Assembly (NCBI RefSeq): GCF_009914755.1
Contig: NC_060929.1
Length of the DNA stretch: 64,000 bases
From: the human T2T-CHM13v2.0 reference genome, Homo sapiens
Reading direction: 5' to 3' (one strand)
Both the position numbers and the translations under genes were made by a program. Positions 45,413-58,040 of this stretch are shown here, in pieces (positions within the stretch are counted from its first letter, which is position 1; each line of letters starts with the position of its first letter). A model generated the notes under the pieces. That model was given only the letters and a program-made list of their open reading frames with translations. It was not told the DNA's origin and did no database searches.

Positions 45413-46725
45413 CACGGTGTTGGAGTGTACTCATACTAAGCAACGCATGTCTGCAAAACCATTTATCACTTTAAAAAATTAGATGAAATAAAAAAAACCT
45501 CTGAATGGCACCCCATGAATTAACCCAAGAGGTTGGGAATTAGGGAAAGTACTTAGTGTGGCTGAAAGATACTCTGATCACTTTATTATCCTTGCCAAAC
45601 ACAAAACCAAGATGGCTACACATGCTCCTGGCTCCTATGATCCCAGAACTTTGTTTATCCTGAAATAAATACATCCTGAAGAGAAGCAACAGAGGTTCCT
45701 CAGGTTACCAAGATCTCCCTCTGAGATTGGCAGTAGCAGGGAGCAGAGTTTTGATGTGATTGTCTAAAGTAGTATTGACATGGGTGGAGATCTCTTCCTA
45801 AGTTTAGAATATGCCATTAGCCATCAAGCCTAAAGCCTTAATCCAGTGGCTTTCACTGGATTAAGAATGGAAAGGAATCTTGGAAAGCTTTCCTATGGTG
45901 ACAGTACCCAGGGGTAGGAGGAAGGTGAAAAGGGGGACTCTTGTGTCTTGCCCACTCTGAGCTCTTTGGAAGGAAGGAAAATGTTAAGGACACTCTGAAC
46001 TTATTTAGACAAATCTTGGGCTTAAAATGCTTCACTAGATTCCTATATTCTACAGCCGTAGTTCTCAATACTCCCATCTTTATAGAAAATATTTATTAAT
46101 AGTCCTCTTTTTATTATCCTGAAATAAAATTCATAAGTGTAATCTGCCTACATATATTTAAAATAAAACAAAACAAAATGAAAAACTAGAATTTTTTCTA
46201 GCTGGATTATGAAAGAAAAATAAAAGTACCATAGTAAAATAATATATTTTTCATTAGTAAATGCCTAGACACAAAAGCAATAGAAGACATAATAAAGCAA
46301 ACAGATTCTTACACCTGTATGTTGAGTCACTATGCATGTGACAGTTACATATGCTGACTGATAGAGGCATACATATTGGAAAAACAAACACCAAGAGTGG
46401 TTTTATTGTGCCAACATGATTTTCTGAAATTGTAAATAATGTTTGGACACTAAAAAAATATTTTTGATCACAGATGATCCTAAAGATTTCATATACAAAT
46501 ATAGTCTTGTTGGAGTTGATAAATGAATTTAGCAAAGCAGCAGGATGCAAAGTCAAGATGTAAACTTTGGTTGGATTTCTATATACTAATAATGAATGAT
46601 ACGAAAAGGGAATTATGAAAATTCCATTTACAATACTCCTTGCTATTGTAAGGAGTGAAGGACTTGTAAAATGCAAACTGTGAAATATTGCTGAAATAAA
46701 TTAAAGACATAAATAAATGGAAACA

Positions 46726-47047
46726 GGCCAGGTGTGGTGGCCTTTGTTATCCCAGCACTTTGGGAGGCCAAGGTGGGAGGATCACTTGAGCCTAGGAGTT
46801 TGAAACCAGCTGGGCAACTTCAGAAGATCACATCTCTACAAAAAAAAAAAAAAAAAATTAAAAATTAGCCAGACGTGTGGTGGTGGCCCACAGCTGCTTG
46901 AGACGCTGAAGCAGGAGGATTGCTTGAGCCTGGATAGTTGAGGCTGTGGTGAGCCACGATTGCACCACTGCACTCCAGCCTGGGTGACAAAACAAAACCC
47001 TGTCTCAAAAACAAAGAAAGAGGAGAGAGAGAGAAAACAAAATAAAT
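46726..47047 (+). mobile_element. AluJ
   Basis: J diagnostics; perfect TSD AAATAAATGGAAACA. Confidence 0.93.
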
Positions 47048-48027
47048 AAATAAATGGAAACATATCTCATTGGAAGACTTATTGTTAAGATGCCAATACT
47101 ACCCAAAGCAATATACAGATTCAATGCAATGCCTATCAAACTCCCAAGGACTTTATTTGCAGAAATAGAAAAACCCATCCTAAAATTCACACAAAATCTC
47201 ACTGGACCCTGAATAGCCAAAACAATCTTGAAAAAGAACAACAAAGCTGGAGGACTCACACTTCCTGGTTTCAAAAACTTACTACAAAGCTACAGTAATC
47301 AAATCAGGGTGGTACTAGTATAAAGACAGTTATATAGACCAATGGAATAAAATAATAAGCCCAGAAGTAAACTCTTGCATATGTGATCAAATTATTTTGA
47401 ACAAAAACAACAAGACCATTTAATGGGGAAAAAAACAGTCTTTTCGACGTATGGTGCTAGGAAAACTGGCAATCCACACACAAAAGAGTAAAGTTACTTA
47501 ACATCGTGTACAAAAATTAAATCAAAACAAATCAAATATCTAAATATAATACCCCAAACTATAAAACTCACTGAAGGAAACATAGGGCAAAATCTTCATG
47601 ACATAGATTTGACAATGATGTCTTGGAAAAGACTGCCAAAGGCAAAGGCAACAATAGAAAAAATAGACCAGTTGAATTTCATGAAAAGTAAAACCCTTTG
47701 TGAATCAAAAGACAGTATCAACAGAGTAAAAAGGCAACCATAGAATGGGAAATAATATTTGCAAATGATATGTTTTATAAAAGATTAATATCCAGAATAC
47801 ATAATGAACTCCTAAAACTCAAGAAGTACAATAAAACACTCAATTCAAAAATGGGCAAAGGTTTTTAATGGACATTTCTTCAAGGAAGATATACAATTGA
47901 CCAATAATCATATGAAAATTTGCTTAACATTCTACCAATCACTGGGGAAATGCAAATCAAAATTACAATAGCATACCACCTCATACTCATTAGGAAGACG
48001 ACTATGAAAAAAAAAAAAAAAGAGAGA

Positions 48028-48338
48028 CTCCCGCCTGTAATCCCACACCCTGAGAGGCTGAGGCAGGCAGATCACTGAGGTCAGGAGTTCGAGACTAGCC
48101 TAGCCAACATGGTGAAACCTCATCTCTACTAAAAATACAAAATTTAGCTGGGTGTGGTGGTGCACGCCTGTAATCCCAGCTACTCAGGAGCTACTCAGAA
48201 GCTACTCAGAATTGCTTGAACCTGGAGGGCAGAGGTTGCAGTGAGCAGAGATCATGCCACTGCACTCTAGCCTGGGAAACAGAGAGAGACTCTTGTCTCC
48301 AAAAAAAAAAAAAAAAGAAGAAGAAAGAAAAAGGAAAA
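48028..48338 (+). mobile_element. AluS, 5'-truncated, with an internal 11-bp triplication
   Basis: Dimer with A tail; AGCTACTCAGR x3 at 48178-48210. Confidence 0.9.
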
Positions 48339-49095
48339 TAACACATATTGGCAAGGACATGGAGAAATATGAATCTTTGTGCACTGTTGGTGAAAACGTG
48401 AAATAGTTGAACCTCTATGGAAAACAGCATAGTGATTCCTCAAAAAATTACTATATGATCTAGCAATTTCACTTCTGGGTACATACCAAAAGCATTGAAA
48501 GCAGAGTCTTAAAGGAATATGTGTATGCCCATGTTCATAGCAGCATTATTCACAATAGCTAAAATGTGAACTAAGCCATGGTCCATTGATGGATAAATGG
48601 ATAAGCAAAATGTGATATACACATACAATGGAATATTATTCAGCCTTAAGAAAGAAATTTCTGACATATGCTACAATGTAGGTGAACGTTGAGGACACTA
48701 TACTAAAATAAATATGCCAATTACAAAAAGACAAATTTGTATGATTTAACCTATGTGAGATACTTAGAGTACTCAAAATCATAGAAACAAAGTGGAATGG
48801 TGGTTGCTAAAGGCTGAAAGAAAGGGAGAATGAGGAGTTACATTTAACGGGTATGGAGTTTCATTTTCGCAAGATGAAAAGAGTTGTGGTGACAGATGTT
48901 AACGATGGTTGCTCCACATTGTGAATGTACTGTGTTGAATGTTACTGAATGTATACTTGAAAATTAAGATGGTAATGTTTATGTTATGGGTATTTGACCA
49001 TAATGGAAAAAACTGAAAAATAGATATATTAAGAACTGTATCCTAATCTTACAGAAAACATTCCACATATTTTTCCTTTAAATAATAGTCATTCC

Positions 49096-49385
49096 GGCTG
49101 GGCACAGTGGCTCATGCCTGTAATCCCAGCACTTTGGGAGGCCGAGGCGGGCAGATCATGAGGTCAGGAGTTTGAGACCAGCCTGACCAATGTGGTGAAA
49201 CCCTATCTCTACTAAAAATACAAAAATTAGCTGGGCGTGGTGGCACGCGCCTGTAATCCCAGCTACGCAGGGGGCTGAGGCAGGAGAATTGCTTGAACCC
49301 AGGAGGCAGAAGGTTGCAGTGAGCTGAGATTGCACCATGGCACTCCAGCCTGGGTGACAGAGCAAGATCAAAAAAAAAAAAAAAA
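49096..49385 (+). mobile_element. AluS (Sg-like)
   Basis: GATCATGAGGTCAGGAGTTTGAGACC; TSD AGTCATTCC/AGTCTTTCC. Confidence 0.93.
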
Positions 49386-49819
49386 GTCTTTCCTAGTACA
49401 TTAAACAGAGTTCAACTTACAAAAAAAAAAAACAAAAAACCTTTCCTTCAATTTACAGAATAGTGATATTCTGTGTATAGTAAACTTCAGTGTATAGTAA
49501 ATGATATAAAAACACTTGGTATTTTTTAGGTAAAATAAAGTTTTGTTCTGGACCCAGTTCATGATAAACAGGTTTTTCACCTATACAAATGTCTGGCCAA
49601 GGTGAAACATTTCTTCTTTGCATGAGGATTCCCCATGAAGGGGAAGGCGTCTAGCACCATTGACCTCTACCCAGTAAATGGCAATAGCACCTGGACATCT
49701 TTGTGACAGCCAAAACAACTACAACAACAACCGTCTCTCAAATTTCCAAAATGCTCATGGCAGCAGTAGTTCCCTGTGGAGAATCCCTGGTCTGCAAGAT
49801 CAAGTCCAGACTGCCTGGC

Positions 49820-50232
49820 TTGATTAGTCAGCTCAGGCTGTCAGAAAAAAATACCACAGACTGTGTGCCTTAAGCAACAGAACTTTATTTTCTCACAGTT
49901 CTGGAGGCTGGAAATACAAGATCAGATGCCAATATGGTCACGTTCTGATGAGGACTGTCTTCCTGACCTGCAGATGGCCACCTCCTCCTTGAGTCCTCAC
50001 ATGGCAGAGAGAGAGAGAGAGAGAGAGAGAAAGCAAGAGAGAGAGAGAAAGCAAGCTCTCTACTATCTCTTCTTCTAAGGATACAAATCCCATCAGATCA
50101 GGGCCCTACCCTTACAATGTCATTTATTTAACCTTAATTGCTTCCATTAAGGTCCCATCTCCAAACACAGTCACTTAGGGGCTTAGGGATTCAACATATG
50201 AATCTCAGAGGGACACAATTCAGTCCACAGCA
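49820..50232 (-). mobile_element. MLT1A-like MaLR LTR with internal (GA)n
   Basis: TTTTCTCACAGTTCTGGAGGCTGG...GGGACACAATTCAGTCCACAGCA; perfect TSD CTGGC. Confidence 0.88.
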
Positions 50233-50279
50233 CTGGCACATTCTACAAGGCCCTCCATTGTTTGCCCTTTATGGGCATT

Positions 50280-50804
50280 TGTATTAGGGTTCTCTAAAGG
50301 GACAGAACTAATAGAATAGATGAATTTGTGAAGGGGAGTTTGTTAGGAGAATTGACTCACACAATCACAAGATGAAGTCTCACAATAGGCTGTCTGGAAG
50401 CTGAGGATCCAGGAAGCCAGTTCAAGTCCCAAAACCTCGAAAACAGGGAAACCAACCGTGCAGCCTTCAGTCTGTGGCTGAAGGCTCGAGACACCCTGGC
50501 AAACCAAATGTAAGTCCAAAAGTTCAAAAGCTGAAGAACATGGAGTCTGATGTTCAAGGGCAGGAAGCATCAGCATAGGAGAAAGATAGAGGCCAGAAGA
50601 CTCAGCCAGTTTGCTCTTTCAATGCCTGCTTTTATGCTGGCAGCTAATTAGATGGTGCCCACCCAGGCTGAGGGTGGGTATGCCTCTCCCAGTCCACTGA
50701 CTCAAATGTTAATCTCCTTGGGCAACACCCTCACAGACACACCCAGGATCAATACTTTGCATCCTTCAATCCAATCAAGTTGATACTCAATATTAACTAT
50801 CACA
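50280..50804 (-). mobile_element. MLT2A2 (HERVL solo LTR)
   Basis: TGTATTAGGGTTCTCTAAAGGGACAGAACTAATAG...CAATCCAATCAAGTTGATACTCAATATTAACTATCACA; 525 bp; perfect TSD GCATT. Confidence 0.9.
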
Positions 50805-50829
50805 GCATTCCTTCCTTGCAGGCTTGTCC

Positions 50830-51465
<636 letters not shown>

Positions 51466-53559
51466 TGAGTGGTTAGAAACAGGGAAGCTGATGGGCTCAC
51501 CAAAGAAGAGAGTGAAGAGAAAGGAAAAAAATATCGCTACCATGCAGTGATAGCACAGAGAAGGAATGTTCACATAGGATGGAGAAAGAGAAATGTCAGT
51601 GTGATTGAAAATCATGGGAAGAAATATTCAAGGAATACATGGCCAGCTGGTTTCTGAACTATAGGAATTCAGAAGTTAAGGCACATAAAATAACATCAGG
51701 TATTTAAAAAGGAAAATCATTGGTAGTATCCATAAGAAAGTCCCATCAGAGTGGGATTGAAGAGAAACCAGATAATGGAGGTTTAAGAAAAGATTGAAAT
51801 AGACGGGGAGATGGAGGCACTTGCCATGAACCACCAGCTCAAGGATTCTATGCATACTTCAAAGGTAGCTCTGTATTAATATGTCTGAATGAAACTAACT
51901 TTTTTAAAATTACAATGATAAATTTTACTTAGACTATGTAAGCCATACCCAGAAAGCTTAAAGAGAAAGTAAAACTCAACCAAAATTTTACAACCCTTTA
52001 TATTTTGGTAAATATTCTTCTCCCAGTCACCTTTCTATGCAGTTATAAATTTTTATGAAAATGGAAGATTATTTCTCTTTTTTTAGTACATTTGATTGCT
52101 TATGAAGCTGTTTTTAGGATCCAGTGATCACAAAACATTTGTATAGTTTTTGAAATATTCAGTGTCTCATTACTTCATGTGTTGCAGATGATTTAATTAA
52201 AGGGTGGATACATTTCATTGGTAATAGGAATGGACATAATTTACCCTGGGAAACTTGGCTTTCAAATGACATGCCTTTGATTAAATAAAACACATACTTT
52301 TCTTTGGTTTTAGTGCTTCTGTGAATAAACAACTTTGCAACTCTCTTGTGCTTTGGGGGAACACGTCCTCTCAGTTTCTCATGTTGCCTCACCTTTGTTT
52401 GCACTGGACTCAAGCTCTGCAAGCAGTACCAGGAGGGGTGGTCAGGGCCATTTGTCTACCTTTAAATTGTGAATTAATAACTGGTAAAAACAGAAGGACA
52501 AAGGACAAGGGCAGAGGGCAAAATCCCTGGCTGTGGTTTTGGAGAGGGTGTAGAGAGAGAAAAGTTGGTTGGCCTTGTCATTTTTCCCCGCTCCCCCAAG
52601 CTGTGGAGGGTCTCTGAGACCCCTCTTTGTGCCTTTTACTTACCCAGCTATGTGAGGCAGGTTCCTGGCCTCTGTTCTGAGTGGAATTTGAAGATAGGGC
52701 CACACTTATGCTATGAACTCTTGACCTTTCCACCACTCTATGCAGAGGAAAGAGTCCTGCACTGGAAGTTAAAGAAACTGAAGCTTCCTAAAATGAGAGA
52801 CTGAGCTACATGACCTTTGGATATCCTTCAATGTCCATGACTCTGTGAGTCTCTAATGCAGGAGCTCTGCAGAGGCAAGAATGTTGCTGTTTCTTTTTTA
52901 TTCAGAAACTCTAGAAGCAAAATTAAGGGTGAATTTTCCAGCCCAGGGTATGTGATGCAGGTCCTCTGTTCTGTATTGGCAACTCCTTCCTTCTTCCTAC
53001 ACTATAGTTTGGTTCCAAAATCAAACATTTTCTGAGTGTGTACAAAAGAAGCCTGAATACCCTAATCTGGTGCTGCAAAAAAGACACAGAGTTGGATGTA
53101 ACACATGACTTTACCTGGTCGATCTCAAAAAAAATATTGCTTATTCTGATACAAAAAAATTGAAAATTAAAAGAGAAAAGATATGCAGTCATACATTTAG
53201 ATGCTGCATTAGACATTAGAGATAATTTTGGCCCACCTAGAAATTTCACATATAAGGCTTCACAAGATGAATTTTATTAAAGTTTATCAAGCAGCTATAT
53301 AGACTCGGAGCCTGGAGTAGAAGCCATCTCTCTAGACAATCTGGTTAGTGCTTTCTCTCTTGAGTCGCTCAGCTTCACACACCACCATATGCTCATTCCA
53401 ACAAAGCACATCTATGAATGTATATAGGCAGATTTATATGTATGTGTGTGTATATATATATTCATAGTCATCAACTTCCAGCATTTATGCACATAATGGG
53501 GTGCCTGGGAATATCTTACTTTTCTCCTTCAATATGCCCACAGCTGTTGATTCTGAACA

Positions 53560-54090
53560 TCTGGGATAATTCAACTCTAAACAAAATACAGTGTGCATAA
53601 TGCCAGGCACACTTAATCCCTCTTTTGAAGGAATTACCAAAATTAGTGTGAAGGAAAAAATTCAGTAGATCTAATAGAACCAACCTTGAATAGCACTGCT
53701 AATATATTGCAAAACAAAAATCTCCCTTGAATGTTCCATAAGATTTATTCATATGGAAGTGCTGTCACATGAGCTGAAAACACGCCAGAGTACCGCATCC
53801 AAAAGCAGTGATAAATGGCCATCCCCAGACAGGGGAAGTTGTCCAGTAAGTTCTCTATGGTATTGGAATAAAACCAGGTTAATTTAATATCTTTATTCGT
53901 GGCCTGTTAGAGGGTAGGGGGTAAATAGTATCCCTTGCTAATATGATAAATGTGCTACATTGGCAGCTGTTTAAAAATTGTAATGATAGAGGATGTAATG
54001 CACCATGGAAAAGAGAAGCTAGAAATATGGCAGAAAATCATGAAATGAGATTCAACTTGGAAACATGAATGCCGATACAACTGGGAATTA
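53560..54090 (+). mobile_element. Ancient CR1/L3-family RT fragment
   Basis: Colinear with CR1 RT: ATGCCAGGCACACTTAATCCCTCTTTTGAAGG, CAAAAGCAGTGATAAATGG, TTTAATATCTTTATT, AAAATCATGAAATGAGATTCAAC. Confidence 0.55.
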
Positions 54091-54834
54091 TAATATGAAA
54101 CTGGGAAATTGTCCAAAATCTGGCCTGAAGGGAGAGAAAAAAAAAAAAACAAGCAAGTAACAAAAATCAGAGTACTGTTCATTCCCAAACAGGATCTGCC
54201 ACTTCCAAGTGTGGAGATTCAAATTTTACATATTTACAAATATTCTTCAAGGCAGAGTTTGAAACTGAGAAGGTTGTAACAAGATGACCGGGGGGCATAT
54301 CAGGTCAATGACCATGTGAGACCACTCTAATAACACCAGAAAATGAGCTGGTGGCACTTCCAGAAAAGCCAGGAGAATTGCATTAGCCAGAGCTATTAGA
54401 TAGCCTCAGGTGATTGGAAGCTAGTCACAATAGAAAGCTTTCTGGACTCCAGGAAGATGGAGTAGGTGGTGGGTGACAGACATTTTAATGGTCTGCCTGT
54501 GACAGTCAACCTATGTGCAATTAAGAGTCAAAACATTAAAGTGGATAATTTAATCCCTCAAATAGAAGGTAAAAATAAAATGCTAATGCCACAACTATTT
54601 AACTATGACCAATTGGCAGAATCCAGTCCAATAAATATTTTTTTATGATTCAAATACTGTATCTTCCAAAGAATGCTACTCATGAACAGAAGTAATGTAG
54701 AGACCTCAAGCAAAATGTAGGATGAATGAGCTTGCCAGAGAAATGGAGGAAGTTTTTGTTTAAAAAAATCCCCTCTCTAGTCATTTTCAAAGTTATCTGG
54801 GAGCCATTGTTTATTTTTTTGTATTTTTCTATAA

Positions 54835-55035
54835 ACATTAACTTTGAAATCAGTCAGATCTAGGTTCAAATCCTAGTTCTACTCCGTTCTACCCAGGTAT
54901 TACTGAAAGTTTCTTATGCTTGATTTCTTCAGCTGTCAAAAGTGGATAATAGTACTACCTCTCAGGGAACATGCAAAGACTTACACGTAATGCATAAATA
55001 ACACTGCATAATGCCTATTCATAGAAAGCACTTAT
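54835..55035 (+). mobile_element. MIR
   Basis: ACTTTGAAATCAGTCAGATCTAGGTTCAAATCCTAGTTCT...TTTCTTCAGCTGTCAAAAGTGGATAATAGTAC. Confidence 0.75.
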
Positions 55036-55064
55036 AAGGGAAGCAGTGAAATTCTATCAAAACC

Positions 55065-55285
55065 AGTAAAGTACAGTGGATAAGAGATACCTAGTTCAAC
55101 TCTCAGCTCTTCCCAGATCTCTAAATTGGGGTGAATTATTTAAACCCAATGCTGTACCTCTGTTTTCAAGTTTTTTCAATGCAAAGAATACCAGTGCCTA
55201 CCTTTTTTATACGATGATTGTGAGACTTAAACGAGAAAATACGTGTAAAGTACTTGAACCAGTACCTGGCATATAACTACTCAAC
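55065..55285 (+). mobile_element. MIR
   Basis: ACCTAGTTCAACTCTCAGCTCT...GATTGTGAGACTTAAACGAGAAAATACGTGTAAAGTACTTG..CCTGGCATATA. Confidence 0.7.
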
Positions 55286-55429
55286 TGTACTTTTATATGT
55301 TAAACTCAAGAGGCTTTAAATTTCAAATAAATAAAATATAATGGGATAGTCATTTTGATTGCATTTCACTTGTCTTAGCTGGGAATCCTGAATGTCATGG
55401 CTACTGTTTCAATGTTCGGGTGGCTAGGA

Positions 55430-55645
55430 TGCAGTGGCCTATAGTGATTGATTAGTAGCATGATTGCTGGAGTCAGGCATATATGAGTAAAAATCCTGGC
55501 TCTGACTCTCACTAGCTGTGCCACTGCGGACATGTGATTTAACCTCTGGAAACCTCAGTTTCCTTTCCTATAAAAAGATTACCTACTTCACTGGGTAATT
55601 GTAAAGAATAAAGAGGCCAACACCTATATGAGAGTGAAAGAACAT
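55430..55645 (+). mobile_element. MIR
   Basis: CTGGAGTCAGGC..AAATCCTGGCTCTG..ACTAGCTGTG..TTTAACCTCTGGAAACCTCAGTTTCC. Confidence 0.75.
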
Positions 55646-57769
55646 TGCTGGGGATTGACATGCCCCTGCTGCCTACCACAACAGCCCCACAGGTCCAGAG
55701 ACAGCTGGAGAAAGTTGGGGAAGTCTCTGTCTTGTGGGTCAGCTTCTCCTGGCTAGTTCCTAAAACTGGGAACAGTTCCAGGAACAAGCTGCAGCTGAGG
55801 ACACAGAGAACAGAACTGAGAACAGAAACCAGGGACAGTTGGGAGACATAGCTGTGGGCAAATCTAGACCCTTGTGGATGAAAGTTGGCTGGACCTGGTG
55901 TCATTGGGCAATGACCACAGGAAGGAACAGATAAACAAGAAACATTGCATGGTCTTAAAGACACAGGAAAAGCCTCAAAATCGAAATAAAGAGCAAGATG
56001 ATTTCTGTGAGTAGGCCTGTGGGAAGTGGAGAAGGAGGGTGGCTCTGGAGAAATCTCAGATACTGAAAATATCTGTTTTTGTTATATTACTAAGAGCCAC
56101 ATCAAATATGACATGGTTTTTGAACCACTTCTATACCTTCATTAATTAGTTGTGTTTTTGTTCATTCATAAAGCACTGGTTTATCATAAATGAATTAATT
56201 CTAAGCATCATTCCTTTTAATCCTCTAAAATAATCAAGTTTTATTGTATACAGTCTTAATTACAAAGTCCAGATGAGGTCACAGAATAGAAACTTTTCAC
56301 ATTAAATATTTCTCCCCCACAGAACACATTGTTTTCTCAGTCTACTGGAGTGGAGAGGAACAGATATAAATTATGTCAAAAGAAAACAAAATGTCTCCCT
56401 TAAAAGGGATTAGAAAACTAGAAGGAAGACTTAGAGTTCTGCAAACAGTGGATGTGTGGTTGATGTTATTCATGAAGGATGATAAAGTTAGGGATAATGG
56501 AATAAAATGAGGCAAATTGAAGTTAACCTTAGCCCTGAAAATAAAGATCTAAAATATGAACAGTTTATGAAGATATTTATTAGTCCACTCATCTTCTGAT
56601 CTATAGATCAAAACCAGTGACTTCCTATTCATAAATTACTGCTTGGGAGTTAGTTGGGCAATTTTGGAAGGTTTTCAACTCCCAGGTCATTTGAGAGCTA
56701 TTAATGTAAGAGCTACTTTGCTAACTGGTACCCTAAGGAGCTTGTAAGAATTAAGAGAGACAGAAGTGACTTCTGCACTTGGAGAATTTGGCCAAGAATA
56801 AGACAAATAGGAAATGGGATAGATCCTTTTGTGATTCAGGCAAGTCAAAAGGAGAGTTGAGATTTACATGCCCTTCTTCAGCGATTCTCAATCCCAGTAA
56901 ATTGCAAGAGAGACAGAAGAGCCCTTATCTTGATTAGTGTCTCCATTCCCCTGTAGCCCTCTAGCAACTTCCTTTGAGACAAACTTATCATTGAGGATTC
57001 AGCGAGCAATTGCATTCCCATGTGTTTAATTTGTCATTAGAATATCACTATGTATCTTTCATAGTGCAACATTTATAATATTTTAGTAGAGTATTATAAT
57101 TAAAATAATCTGACTTGATTGCACAAACTTTATTCTGGCTAAAAGATGCTGTCCCTGACACAATTTTTGTTAAAAATTTAATACTTATTTTTCAATGGAA
57201 AAGACTGGTTTCTTGTTACAGCCACAGTGTATTAGTTCACTTGATGATCAGCTGATATAATGCCCCATCACTCCTCCATCCAGTAAGATGGAATTCATAT
57301 TTTGAACTAACTTCTGTCCTACACCTCAAGTCAGAGCATGCTGATCAAGCCATAGCAGTGCTTCTCCCACACTGGGCAGAAATTCTCTTTTTATTTATGT
57401 TTATATACAAAGTACATGCAAGGCATCAACACAGAGAATAGGGTAAGTATGCAATAGGTGTTTGTTGAGTGACTAAATGATGCTTATCATTTCTGACACT
57501 CAATACATGGAAATACTCTGCAAAGCCTACACAAAGCATGGCTTTAAATCACTTGTTTAGAAAATATATACAAAAATTTTACCATGTTGTTTTTCATTAA
57601 ACCAGTTTAATCTCTCTTGTCACATTTCATAATGTAACTTGAATTGTTATATGATGTATTACTAGATAATTATTCCCTTTAAAGCCCTGAGTGTTAGGAT
57701 TATCAAATGATCGATTCAGTAAGGCGATTGCTGCCTTAGACAAATTTTCAGCATTTCAGGAGGATATTA

Positions 57770-58040
57770 CTAAAATTAGGCCTTCTTAACAGCTAAAGTT
57801 CCACTGATTCCTATGTGCTAGGGTGCCCTACAATTGTCCTAAACCCTCTGTAAATTTTGCCTATGTGAAAAGCAGAAGTGGTCTTTGGAACATAAAGAGC
57901 CTTTGTAACACGTTTTCATTACACTGGAAATTAACTGTTCCTGAATGCTAGATTTCTTAAACAAAGAAAGTCTTTGATATTGGGGCACCTTCTTATTTCA
58001 AAACTTGCCATGGGACAATATGCTGGCTATCTCAGGGTCT
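57770..58040. mobile_element. Possible hAT-Tip100 (MER91/Zaphod-like) fragment
   Basis: Ends GGGGCACCTTCTTATTTCAAAACTTGCCATGGGACAATATGCTGGCTATCTCAGGGTCTG, resembling MER91 termini. Confidence 0.35.

Larger units (their letters stand above)
46455..49020 (+). mobile_element. L1MB3-like 3' portion (ORF2 C-terminus plus 3' UTR)
   Basis: CAGATTCAATGCAATGCCTATCAAA, AAAGCTGGAGGACTCACACTTCCTG; 3' UTR GCAAGATGAAAAGAGTT...GATGGTAATGTTTATGTTATG. Confidence 0.85.
46053..49790 (+). mobile_element. MER20B (hAT-Charlie) split by L1MB and Alus
   Basis: Left half TAGTTCTCAATAC..TTATCCTGAAATAAAATTCATA (to ~46450); right half ATAAACAGGTTTTTCACCTATAC..GTGACAGCCAAAA..AAATTTCCAAAATG..GAGAATCCCTG. Confidence 0.75.

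Noticed and set aside
56597-56610. Perfect 14-bp palindrome TGATCTATAGATCA, partly repeated at 63255-63267
   Set aside because: About one such palindrome is expected by chance in 64 kb of AT-rich DNA; the second copy sits in an L1 fragment.
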